From Desulfosudis oleivorans (GTDB taxonomy: Bacteria; Desulfobacterota; Desulfobacteria; Desulfobacterales; SURF-7): a stretch of 64,000 nt of DNA. The notes under the pieces were generated by a model that searched no databases, was not told the DNA's origin, and saw nothing but the letters and a program-made list of their open reading frames with translations. Positions 19,759 through 29,252 of the stretch are shown piece by piece; within the stretch, counting starts at the first letter, position 1; each line of letters begins with the position of its first letter. The stretch spans positions 270,418 to 334,417 of the forward strand of contig DYJC01000003.1 in NCBI GenBank assembly GCA_020723305.1. Reading direction: 5' to 3'. A program made the position numbers and the translations under genes.

Positions 19759-20298
19759 GTGATTCATTATTTCAATAAGATGAAAGGGGGAAAACAGAGC
19801 CCTCCGGCTGTAAGCCTGTCTGAAATTGTATGGTCGTGGATAGGGGCATTCTTCGGAATTACACCAATTGGTTTCCTTCACTACAATCTTTTTTCAGGTG
19901 CGGATATGGTTCTCATTATCGGCTCTTTTGGTGCTTCCGCAGTGTTGATCTATGGTGCAGTCAGAAGCCCTCTGGCACAACCCCGGAACCTTGTGGGAGG
20001 GCATCTGATTTCAGCCGTTATCGGAGTCGCCTCATACAAACTTTTCCCTGATTCTATCTGGCTTGCGTCGTCATTGTCTGTTGCAACTGCCATTGCAGCA
20101 ATGCACGCGACAAAAACGCTTCATCCTCCTGGCGGAGCGACTGCATTGATTGCAGTCATCGGAGGCGATCCGATTCATAGGCTGGGTTTTTTTTACGCTT
20201 TGGTGCCTGTGGGGTCAGGAGTCCTCATCATGCTTCTGGTGGCCCTTGTCGTGAATAACCTTTCCAAGGACAGGAGATATCCGGAATTCTGGTTTTAA
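19759..20298 (+). CDS. HPP family membrane protein (family includes nitrite transporters)
   Basis: Four TM segments and the family motif KTLHPPGGATALIAV. The GTG at 19759 follows AGGAG with a 6-nt spacer. An ATG at 19780 is an alternative start. Confidence 0.75.
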   Translation: MIHYFNKMKGGKQSPPAVSLSEIVWSWIGAFFGITPIGFLHYNLFSGADMVLIIGSFGASAVLIYGAVRSPLAQPRNLVGGHLISAVIGVASYKLFPDSIWLASSLSVATAIAAMHATKTLHPPGGATALIAVIGGDPIHRLGFFYALVPVGSGVLIMLLVALVVNNLSKDRRYPEFWF

Positions 20299-20474
20299 AT
20301 CCGCACTGCTATTAAAATTTTTGATTTCCTGAATCTGACTGCATCTTTGTCTTTGACTTAAAAAGAATGAAGAAGAATGATTTTTAATGAAAAAAAGACT
20401 AAAGGTTAGATATTTCCAATTCTGAATCAAGGCTGAGAACGTGATCAACCTCGTTGTTATGGAGGCAGCAGATT

Positions 20475-21560
20475 ATGTCAGCTTTATTTGCCGGGATTAC
20501 GGCAATGTTGATTGCCTTTTATATCATAATGAGAATCCAGGGGAAATCCAAAGCCTCTGAATTGCAGGCTATCAACAGCAAGTTGCAAAAGGAGATAGCA
20601 GATCACAAACGGAACGAAGACGACCTGCAATATGAAAAGGAAATTTTGGAAAATCTGATCCAGACGGTGAATGTTCTGTTCGTGCAATTGGATATCGCCG
20701 GTAATGTCGTGAGAATCAACCAGAGGGCGGAAAAGACCACCGGCTACAGTCTGGCGGATATTCAGGGCAGAAACTGGTTCGAGGTACTCGTGCCAAAGGG
20801 TCGCTACCCGAATGTGTGGGATGAATTTAATCGGCTGACCCGTAATGGTGAAGTACCTGAAATTTTTGAAAATCCCATTCTCACCCGGTCGGGGGAAGAA
20901 CGTCAGATCATCTGGGAAAACAAAGTGTTGACCAGGGATGACAGCCCGGTTGGAACCATCTCTTTTGGTATGGATATTACCGATCGCAAACGTGCAGAGG
21001 AGGCGATGCGTGCAAGCGAGTCCCGCATGCGGAACCTGTTTGAACAGGCAGCCGATGGCATCTTCCTGCTGACGCCCGATCACAGGTATCTGGATGCCAA
21101 TGCAGAAGGACTGAGAATGCTGGGTTACAGCCGCGATGAACTCCTTGGAATGCAAATTTTTGATGTTCTGGCAGAGCACGAGCGGCACCGGCTGAACAAG
21201 GAAGTGCCGGTGATGATGGCGGGTACGCCGCACCTGGCGGAATGGGATCATCTGCGAAAAGATGGAACCATTTTTCCGGCGGAAGTGAGTGCGCGGGCGC
21301 ATTCCCGTGAGCAATATATAGCCATTGTGCGCGACTTGACCCAACGCAAGCTAACGGAAAACGAATTAAAAAAACATCATGATCACCTTGAAGAGCTTGT
21401 GAAAGAGCGTACGTTATCACTGGAGGAAAAGGTGGCCAAGATTGAGCAGATGAACCGGGTCTTTGTCGGACGCGAGATGAGGATGATGGAATTGAAAGCG
21501 AAAATCAGAGAGCTGGAACAACAGGCAAAAGGTGTCGGTAGATTGAAGGAGGAAGCATGA
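20475..21560 (+). CDS. Membrane-anchored tandem PAS domain protein with C-terminal coiled coil and no output domain
   Basis: One TM helix, two PAS/PAC units (...DITDRKRAEEAMRASE... and ...VRDLTQRKLTENEL) and a coiled-coil tail. GGAGG lies before the ATG at 20475. Confidence 0.75.
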   Translation: MSALFAGITAMLIAFYIIMRIQGKSKASELQAINSKLQKEIADHKRNEDDLQYEKEILENLIQTVNVLFVQLDIAGNVVRINQRAEKTTGYSLADIQGRNWFEVLVPKGRYPNVWDEFNRLTRNGEVPEIFENPILTRSGEERQIIWENKVLTRDDSPVGTISFGMDITDRKRAEEAMRASESRMRNLFEQAADGIFLLTPDHRYLDANAEGLRMLGYSRDELLGMQIFDVLAEHERHRLNKEVPVMMAGTPHLAEWDHLRKDGTIFPAEVSARAHSREQYIAIVRDLTQRKLTENELKKHHDHLEELVKERTLSLEEKVAKIEQMNRVFVGREMRMMELKAKIRELEQQAKGVGRLKEEA

Positions 21561-22687
21561 AAACCCGAATTCATGGCAGAGTGGATATTGTTTTTGGATT
21601 GCTGTTTTTATTTTTGCTTGCAGGTTGTTTTTTCTGTTCTAAATCATCGGCGGAACCGGAAGATCTGTTTAAACACCCGCTTTATTCCAAATACAATTTC
21701 GGCAAAGAAGAAAGCATCATCGATTTTGCAACCCAGCCTCTGGCCGCACCGCTCGGCGTTGTGGTCGAAGTGATGAAACGGGATAACATTCTTGCGGAAC
21801 AACTTAAAAGCAAAGGAAGGGAAATACGTTTTCACTCTTTTTTCAAAGGTGCGGATGCCAATTTTTTTATTAAACAAGGGTTAGTAGAGGTTGCCATAAC
21901 CGGGGATACGCCGACAATAACACTTTCCGCCACATATGATATTGTGGTTGCAGCTCTTGTAAAGCAGGGACATTCTTCCCTGATCGCGAAAAAACAGATG
22001 GAGATAAAGCAGCTAAAAGGAAAACGGATCGGCTATTCTTTTGGTTCGACCGCCCATTATGGGTTGCTGTTGGGTCTCTATGCCGCGGGAATGAGTGAAT
22101 CGGATGTAACTATGGTTCCCATGGAGATCGATATGCTTGCGGAGGCAATCGAAACCGACAAGGTGGACGCCATTTCCGCATGGGAACCCATTCCCATGTC
22201 CCTGTTGGCCAGACACCCGGACTATGTTGTTTTGCAGCAGTTTATGAATTCCAGCTATATGTGTTTTACCAAAGCGTTTATAAATCGAAATCCGGAAGAG
22301 ACATCATGGATTCTTGCATCGTTTCTCCGATCTTTACGATGGATGAAGATGAATGAAAAGAATACGGTTCAGGCAGCAGAGTGGAACTGGAAAGCAAGGT
22401 CGGAATTTCAGAACAAGCCCTCCGAGGTTACCGTTGAGCAGCTCACGGTAATCACAAGAAACCAGGCTCTGTCGATTGCCGAAGCACCGTATATTCCGAT
22501 TAAGGATTTTAAGGAGGAGGGAATGTTTTATAAGTCGTTGAACTTTCTGAAATCCCAAAAACTGATCCAGGCATCCGTGCCCTGGAAAAAGGTAAAAGAC
22601 AGCCTGGATCGTGACTTGATGGCAAGCGTTCTCTCCAATCCGGTAAAATACAGACTCGATGAATTTGATTATAAACCGGGAAAATGA
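21557..22687 (+). CDS. Lipoprotein, ABC-type substrate-binding protein fold (NMT1/SsuA-like)
   Basis: Lipobox LLAGC after a hydrophobic leader. The body resembles the periplasmic-binding-protein type 2 fold. Its ATGA start overlaps the upstream stop. Confidence 0.6.
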   Translation: MKTRIHGRVDIVFGLLFLFLLAGCFFCSKSSAEPEDLFKHPLYSKYNFGKEESIIDFATQPLAAPLGVVVEVMKRDNILAEQLKSKGREIRFHSFFKGADANFFIKQGLVEVAITGDTPTITLSATYDIVVAALVKQGHSSLIAKKQMEIKQLKGKRIGYSFGSTAHYGLLLGLYAAGMSESDVTMVPMEIDMLAEAIETDKVDAISAWEPIPMSLLARHPDYVVLQQFMNSSYMCFTKAFINRNPEETSWILASFLRSLRWMKMNEKNTVQAAEWNWKARSEFQNKPSEVTVEQLTVITRNQALSIAEAPYIPIKDFKEEGMFYKSLNFLKSQKLIQASVPWKKVKDSLDRDLMASVLSNPVKYRLDEFDYKPGK

Positions 22688-22693
22688 TCTGAA

Positions 22694-25600
22694 ATGAGAT
22701 TTCGGGGAAAATCTACAACCTTTCACATGGGTATCCGGGGAAAGATGCTGCTTTCTTTTGGTGGAGGAGCGGCAATCATTTTAGTCGGTGTCGGCCTTTT
22801 TTCACTTCTGGGCATCCCATTTTTGGAAATGCAGGGGAATTATCAGTATCACCGGTCTGAAATAATACGGAAAATTGATATCCTGGCACAGATGAAAAAG
22901 GGGGAGCTGGTGTCCTGGTTTCAGGAACAGATCAACCATGCAAGAATATTTTCCGAAATTACCGGTTTTGACCAAAGCAGGGAGCGATTTTACAAAGGCA
23001 TTGAGCAGGATAAACAGAAAAGTATTCTGCTGGAGGAAATCAGACATATTGAGGAATATGAGAAAGCCTTGCTGATCGCCCGATCCATTCTCAAGGAGTA
23101 TACCGGGGATAATGAAATCCGGGTTGTCGAAACAAAAACCGGGATGGTGATTTTTTCAACAAATGAAAAGAGCCGGGGACTTGATCTGAGTTGGGATGAA
23201 GGTATCAGAAATGCTAAGCAGCCTGGTATTCGCGAACAGGTTTATTTCAGGAAGAAAAGATCCACCGGAAGAGGGTCTCTGTATATCCTTTATCCCATTG
23301 CAGCCCAAGGACCCATCCCCTCTTTGGTGGTAATGTTCGTACTGGATACGGAAAAACTGATGGCATCCATGCTTCACGAAGGCGAGGAATCGGAGAGATC
23401 AAGGGAGACGATACTGGTTGATATGAACAGGACGATCCTTTCGCCGTTAAAATATCCGCTTCCCGGAAACAGGACGGCGGAAATCCTGGAATACAAGCTC
23501 CATACAAAATCGGCCGAAATGGCTGCCTGGGGAATAGATGGAACAATTTTTTACCAGGATTATAGAGGATTACCTGCTATAGCTGCGGTAAGACATCTGC
23601 GAATCACCCCTGAATTCGGAATAGGATTAATCATCAAGATCGATGAGGAAGAGGTGATGGCTTCTACCCGAAGAAGTCTACAAAATACGATAATCATTTC
23701 AGGCATGGGACTTATGTTTCTGATGGCAATTGTGTATCTGCTTTCCGTAAGGATCACCCGTCCCATAACCCAGTTAAGCAAAACAGTAGAAAAGATAGGG
23801 GAAGGTGATCTGAGCCAGCGCTCTTTGGTCACAACAAGGGATGAAGTGGGCTTGTTAGCAGATTCTTTTAATGAGATGGTTGCAAAAACCCAGGAATGGC
23901 ATCAGGATCTGGAAAAAAAGATCAGAGAGAGGACGGCGCTTCTTTCGGAAAGCGAAGCGCGGCTACGTTTGACCTTGGATGCTACGCAAATCGGACTTTG
24001 GGACTGGAATATGCGCGATGATATCTGGTATTCCACCCCGATTTACTTTAAAATGTTGGGATATGACCCCACAACCGAGGAGCAGAAGCGGGAAGTATGG
24101 GGCGAACGAACCCATCCGGATGACCGGGATTTTGTCGTAAACAAGATGACAGAGGTTCGTGACAGCGGACTGAATGAATTTGATATTGAATTCCGTTTTC
24201 GCCATGCAGACGGGTCTTACCGATGGATTAATAGTATCGGCCGTGCTGTGGAGTTTGATGAAAGCCACAAGCCGATCCGCATGCTGGGGCTGCAGATCGA
24301 TATTACACGGCGTAAACAGGATGAGGAAGAACTCAGGATAATCAACAGGGAACAGCATGCTGTCAACCGTATCATCTCAGCAACAGCGACTTCCACCGGG
24401 GTTCATGAAGTTCTTGAGCGTGCGCTGGATGAGGTGCTTTTTCTCACCGGCCTTGAAGGCGGAACAGTCTGTCTGGTCACACCGGACAATACATTATCGC
24501 TGGCGGCACACCGGGGCACCTCTGAAGAAACAATACAGGATCTTACAATGAACGTCATCAGGATCGGAGACTGCCTTTGCGGAGAGTGTGCCATGGATCA
24601 CAAACCCCTCATTCTCCCTGACCGGGAAGCAGTGTTGAAGTTCGCCACCCGCGAGGCGAGCCGCGGTGAAGACATCCGTTTCCATGCTGCGTTTCCTCTG
24701 TTGGTCGCGGACAGATGCCTCGGAGTTCTCTGCATTTTTACACGGACAGATATAAAGCCGATGGAGCGGAGCCTGAAGATGCTGGAGACCGTATCTTTGC
24801 AGATTGCACTGTCCTTGGAGGCGGCACAACTGTATGAAAAAACCCTTGAGCATGCAGCGACACTGGAAATCAAGATCAAGGATAGAACCTATGCGCTTGA
24901 GGAGAACCAGAAAGCGCTGATGAATGTTGTGGAAGATCTGAATGTGAAGACCGAGGAACTGAAATCGGCAAATATCAAACTTCAGGATCTGGACCGTCTG
25001 AAAAATATTTTTCTGGCCAGCATGAGCCACGAACTTCGAACACCGTTGAATTCCATTATCGGATTTACCGGCATTCTGTTGATGGGTTTGACCGGAAAAT
25101 TAAACAAGGAGCAGGAAAATCAGCTCGGCATGGTCAAGAACAGCGCCCACCATTTGTTGAGTTTGATCAATGATATCCTGGATATTTCCAAGATTGAGGC
25201 TGGGATGATGGAGCCGATGCCGGAAGAATTCCGTTTTCATGATCTTGTTCAGGATGCAACCAGGAGCGTTATGGTGACAGCGGAAGAAAAAGGCATAGAT
25301 CTTTCCTATACATGTCCTTCCGACATTATTCTGTTTAGTGATCCAAAACGAATCCGTCAGATCATCATCAACCTGTTGAGCAATGCCGTCAAATTCACCG
25401 AAAAAGGTTCGGTTCATCTCCTGGTGCAATCCGTAACTCTTAACCGGAAATCTCATATCCGGGTTTTGGTAACCGACACAGGCATCGGCATAAAAAAGGA
25501 AGACATATACCGGCTTTTTTCCCCTTTTCAGCAGGTGAACGAATCGCTTGTTAAAAAATTTGAAGGAACCGGGTTGGGACTGTATCTCTGTAAAAAACTG

Positions 25601-25705
25601 GCGAATATGCTGGGCGGCGATATCACGGTAAACAGCGAATACGGCAAGGGGAGTGAGTTTGTCATGGAACTTCCTTTGCTGCTGGATCAAAAGGATCAGA
25701 CATGA
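22694..25705 (+). CDS. Sensor histidine kinase (periplasmic sensor-HAMP-PAS-GAF-HisKA-HATPase)
   Basis: HAMP (ITRPITQLSKTVEKIGEGDLSQR...EVGLLADSFNEMV), PAS/PAC, GAF, the H-box SHELRTPLNSIIGF and the G2 box GTGLGLYLCKKLANMLGG. Confidence 0.9.
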   Translation: MRFRGKSTTFHMGIRGKMLLSFGGGAAIILVGVGLFSLLGIPFLEMQGNYQYHRSEIIRKIDILAQMKKGELVSWFQEQINHARIFSEITGFDQSRERFYKGIEQDKQKSILLEEIRHIEEYEKALLIARSILKEYTGDNEIRVVETKTGMVIFSTNEKSRGLDLSWDEGIRNAKQPGIREQVYFRKKRSTGRGSLYILYPIAAQGPIPSLVVMFVLDTEKLMASMLHEGEESERSRETILVDMNRTILSPLKYPLPGNRTAEILEYKLHTKSAEMAAWGIDGTIFYQDYRGLPAIAAVRHLRITPEFGIGLIIKIDEEEVMASTRRSLQNTIIISGMGLMFLMAIVYLLSVRITRPITQLSKTVEKIGEGDLSQRSLVTTRDEVGLLADSFNEMVAKTQEWHQDLEKKIRERTALLSESEARLRLTLDATQIGLWDWNMRDDIWYSTPIYFKMLGYDPTTEEQKREVWGERTHPDDRDFVVNKMTEVRDSGLNEFDIEFRFRHADGSYRWINSIGRAVEFDESHKPIRMLGLQIDITRRKQDEEELRIINREQHAVNRIISATATSTGVHEVLERALDEVLFLTGLEGGTVCLVTPDNTLSLAAHRGTSEETIQDLTMNVIRIGDCLCGECAMDHKPLILPDREAVLKFATREASRGEDIRFHAAFPLLVADRCLGVLCIFTRTDIKPMERSLKMLETVSLQIALSLEAAQLYEKTLEHAATLEIKIKDRTYALEENQKALMNVVEDLNVKTEELKSANIKLQDLDRLKNIFLASMSHELRTPLNSIIGFTGILLMGLTGKLNKEQENQLGMVKNSAHHLLSLINDILDISKIEAGMMEPMPEEFRFHDLVQDATRSVMVTAEEKGIDLSYTCPSDIILFSDPKRIRQIIINLLSNAVKFTEKGSVHLLVQSVTLNRKSHIRVLVTDTGIGIKKEDIYRLFSPFQQVNESLVKKFEGTGLGLYLCKKLANMLGGDITVNSEYGKGSEFVMELPLLLDQKDQT

Positions 25706-26073
25706 AACGGATACTGGTAATTGAAGACAATGCAAACAATCTCTATCTGATGAGATTTCTGTTGGAAAAAAAAGGCTATGTTGTGATAGAAGCAAAAACA
25801 GGCCTTCAGGGAGTACAACTGGCGGAAAAAGAAACACTGGATCTGATTCTGATGGATATTCAGCTTCCGGATATCGACGGTCTTGAGGCGACCCGGATGA
25901 TCCGGGCGTCTATTGCAGATAGCACGCTTCCTATTTTAGCGGTAACTTCCTATGCAATGGTCGGGGACAGGCAGAAGGCGATATCAGCCGGGTGTACAGG
26001 ATATATTGAAAAACCGATTGATCCGGTTACATTCATCTCTGAAGTTGAGAAATATCTTCTAAAGGATTGTTGA
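25702..26073 (+). CDS. Single-domain response regulator (CheY-like receiver)
   Basis: ILVIEDNANNLYLM...DLILMDIQLPDIDG...AVTSYAM...GYIEKPI. Its ATGA start overlaps the kinase stop. Confidence 0.9.
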   Translation: MKRILVIEDNANNLYLMRFLLEKKGYVVIEAKTGLQGVQLAEKETLDLILMDIQLPDIDGLEATRMIRASIADSTLPILAVTSYAMVGDRQKAISAGCTGYIEKPIDPVTFISEVEKYLLKDC

Positions 26074-26120
26074 TAAGCGGATACACACGCGGGTACATTA
26101 AAGTTATACGGGAGACAATC

Positions 26121-28202
26121 ATGAAAATCCTCATTGTGGATGACAATAAGGAAAATCGCATCCTGCTGGATGCCCTGCTCAGAGGGCACGGTTTTGAAAC
26201 AGCAATAGCGGAAAACGGAAAAGATGCTTTGCAAGAGCTTAAGGAAAAATCCATTGACCTGGTTATTTCCGATATCCTTATGCCGGTCATGGACGGATTT
26301 CAACTGTGCTGGACAATCAAGAGTGATGAGGAACTGCGTCTGATCCCGATCATTATTTATACGGCAACCTATACCGGTCCACAGGATGAGGCGTTTGCCA
26401 TGAAAATCGGTGCTGACCGGTTCATCCTTAAACCATGCGACCCGGAGATTTTCATCAAGGTGGTCAGGGACGTAATGGAAGCGGATCGGCAGCAAGATGG
26501 TACCGTAAAACCATTACCTGCCGGGGAAGAGGAAGTCCTCAAGCTTTACAACGAACGACTGGTGAGAAAGCTTGAGCAGAAAATGTTGCGGGCGGAGTTT
26601 GAAATCAAGAAACGGCAAGAGGCGGAAGAAGCGTTAAAAGAAAGTGAAGAAAAGCTGCGCCGGATTACGGCATCTGCACAGGATGCGATAATCATGATTG
26701 ATGATCAGGGAAAGGTATCCTTCTGGAACGAGGCCGCGGAACGCATTTTCGGCTATTCAGGTCCGGAAATTATGAAAAAAGATCTGCATGCTGTTTTGGC
26801 GTCTCAGCAGAATTATGAAGCGTATCATAAAAATTATCCCCGTTTCAAAGAAACAGGTCAAGGCCCTTTTCTGGATAAAATTTCCGAACTGACCGGCAAA
26901 AAAAAGGATGGTACGGAGTTTCCCATCGAGCTTTCCCTGTCAGGAGTCGAAATCCGTGGAAAATGGCATGGCATCGGGATTGTCCGGGATATTACTTATC
27001 GAAAACGGATTGAAGCCGAACAAAAAGCGATGGAAAAAAAAATACAGCAAAACCAGAGGATAGAGGCTATTGGAACCCTTGCCGGTGGCATTGCCCATGA
27101 TTTTAACAACCTGTTATCCGCCATCATTGGGTTTACCGAGTTGTCTTTGGATACTGTTGAAAAAGGCTCCGTCATGGACGATAATTTAAATGAGGTGCAT
27201 ATCGCCGCAAATCGGGCCAAAGAGCTGGTGAAGCAGATCCTCACGGTTTCCCGGCAATCAGACGAGGCGGTCAAACCCACCCGGATTGATATCATTGCAG
27301 AAGAAGTGTTGAAACTGATCAGATCATCCATTCCCGCAACAATAGAAATCAGGCAGAATATCGAAAGCGATTCCCTCATTATGGGTAATGCATCCCGGGT
27401 CCACCAGATATTGATGAATCTCTGTACAAACGCCGCATATGCAATGGAAAAGGAAGGCGGTGTTCTGAAAGTCGGTTTAAAGGATGTTACAATCCAGGAT
27501 GCCGGGCCATTGTCGGATTTTGAATTAAAACCGGGAGAGTATGTTGAATTGACGGTGTCGGATACAGGTGCCGGCATACCACCTGAAGTAATGGGGTCGA
27601 TTTTTGAGCCATATTTTACCACAAAGCCTCCTGGCGAAGGAACCGGTATGGGCCTTGCACTGGTTCACGGTATTGTTAAAAGCTACGGCGGTAAGATTGC
27701 TGTGGAAAGCGAACTGGAAAAGGGCACTGTCTTTACAATTCATTTACCCATCACCCAAAAATGTAATGAAGTCAGCCCCTATATCTCTGAAGAATTACCT
27801 TCAGGGAGGGAACGGATATTGTTTGTTGATGATGAAACCTCAATCGTCAGGATGAGCAGCAAAATTCTTGAAAAATTGGGTTATTCCGTCACAATAAAAA
27901 CCAGCAGCAAAGAGGCCCTGGAATTGTTTCGCGTCAAACCGGATGAATTTGATCTGGTTATTACGGATATGAACATGCCGCATATAACGGGAGATGCTCT
28001 TTCGGCTGAGTTGATGAAAATCCGGCCGGATATTCCGGTGATTCTGTGCACAGGTTACAGTAAAAAAATATCCGATCAGGTAGTAAGAGAGGTGGGCATC
28101 AAGGCCCTTGTTTATAAACCTGTTGTAAGATCTGATCTGGCAAAAACAGTCCGAAAGATTCTGGATGAGGCGAGAGTTTTTGCTCAGAGTAACTTGAAAT
28201 AG
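26121..28202 (+). CDS. Hybrid sensor kinase (REC-PAS-HisKA-HATPase-REC)
   Basis: N-terminal receiver (ILIVDDNKENR...DLVISDILMPVMDG), PAS, the H-box GGIAHDFNNLLSAIIGF, GTGMGLALVHGIVKSYGG and a C-terminal receiver (ILFVDDETSIV...DLVITDMNMPHITG). Confidence 0.9.
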   Translation: MKILIVDDNKENRILLDALLRGHGFETAIAENGKDALQELKEKSIDLVISDILMPVMDGFQLCWTIKSDEELRLIPIIIYTATYTGPQDEAFAMKIGADRFILKPCDPEIFIKVVRDVMEADRQQDGTVKPLPAGEEEVLKLYNERLVRKLEQKMLRAEFEIKKRQEAEEALKESEEKLRRITASAQDAIIMIDDQGKVSFWNEAAERIFGYSGPEIMKKDLHAVLASQQNYEAYHKNYPRFKETGQGPFLDKISELTGKKKDGTEFPIELSLSGVEIRGKWHGIGIVRDITYRKRIEAEQKAMEKKIQQNQRIEAIGTLAGGIAHDFNNLLSAIIGFTELSLDTVEKGSVMDDNLNEVHIAANRAKELVKQILTVSRQSDEAVKPTRIDIIAEEVLKLIRSSIPATIEIRQNIESDSLIMGNASRVHQILMNLCTNAAYAMEKEGGVLKVGLKDVTIQDAGPLSDFELKPGEYVELTVSDTGAGIPPEVMGSIFEPYFTTKPPGEGTGMGLALVHGIVKSYGGKIAVESELEKGTVFTIHLPITQKCNEVSPYISEELPSGRERILFVDDETSIVRMSSKILEKLGYSVTIKTSSKEALELFRVKPDEFDLVITDMNMPHITGDALSAELMKIRPDIPVILCTGYSKKISDQVVREVGIKALVYKPVVRSDLAKTVRKILDEARVFAQSNLK

Positions 28203-28265
28203 AAGAGCCAGTTTCAAAAGTCTGTAGTTGTTATTCCGCTGGTTAATACAGTCAACTGTGTCAGG

Positions 28266-29252
28266 GTGATGGGCAAGGGGATTGCCCTGCAGTTCAAGAA
28301 GGCGTTTCCGGAAAATTTTAAAGCCTATGAGGCTGCTTGTCGACAGGAAGAGGTCAAACCCGGTCGAATGTTCGTGTTCGAAACCGGTCAGATATTCAAT
28401 CCGCGCTATATTGTCAATTTTCCCACCAAGCGCCACTGGCGCGGTAAAAGCTGTTATGAGGATATTGAATCAGGTCTACAGGCGTTGGTAGAGGAGGTGC
28501 GGGCGCGCAAAATTCTTTCTATTGCCATCCCTCCATTGGGTTCTGGTTTGGGTGGGCTGCAATGGGGCAAGGTTAAAAAGATGATCGAGGCGGCGTTTGA
28601 ACAGCTACCGGAAGTTCAGGTAAAACTCTATGAACCCAAAGGAAGTCCCGATGCCGTGGATATGCCGGTAGGCACTTCCAAACCGAAAATGACGGTTGCC
28701 CGGGCCTTATTGATAAAGCTGATGAAGCAGTATGCTCGTTTTGCATATCGGCTGACGCTCCTGGAAATACAAAAACTTGCCTATTTCCTGCAAGAGTCGG
28801 GCATGGAGCTGAAACTGCGGTATGTCAAACACCTGTATGGGCCGTATGCTCACAATCTCAACAAAGTATTGGAAATTCTGGAAGGCCATCATATCCGGGG
28901 ATATGGCGATACCCAGAAGCCGGATGTGGAAATTACGCTGCTGCCGGATGCTGATAAAGCCGCTGAACTTTTCCTTCAACAAGACCCGCGTGCCGCATGG
29001 CACCTTGAAAGAGTAGCGGATCTTGTAGACGGATTTGAAACGCCTTATGGCATGGAATTGCTTGCATCTGTTCACTGGACAGCCGTTCATGATGGTGATG
29101 CTTCTGATGCCGAAAGCGCCGTTGTTGCAATGGCAAGTTGGAATGACCGGAAACAGCACCTTTTCAAACCGGCACATATCCGACTGGCCTGGGAAAGACT
29201 CCGGGCTGAGGGATGGATAACCGCTTGTTGTAAAAGTGGAGAAAGGTTATAA
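28266..29252 (+). CDS. darG: DarG-like macrodomain protein (DNA ADP-ribosyl glycohydrolase antitoxin family). It is N-terminally truncated and has no cognate darT; it may be a relic or pseudogene
   Basis: [41 protein letters not shown]...[11 protein letters not shown]...[11 protein letters not shown] closely follows the DarG macrodomain as I remember it. Homology continues upstream in frame ([14 protein letters not shown]) to the TAG that ends the kinase gene. That leaves no ordinary start codon or RBS for a full-length domain. Confidence 0.6.
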   Translation: [328 protein letters not shown]

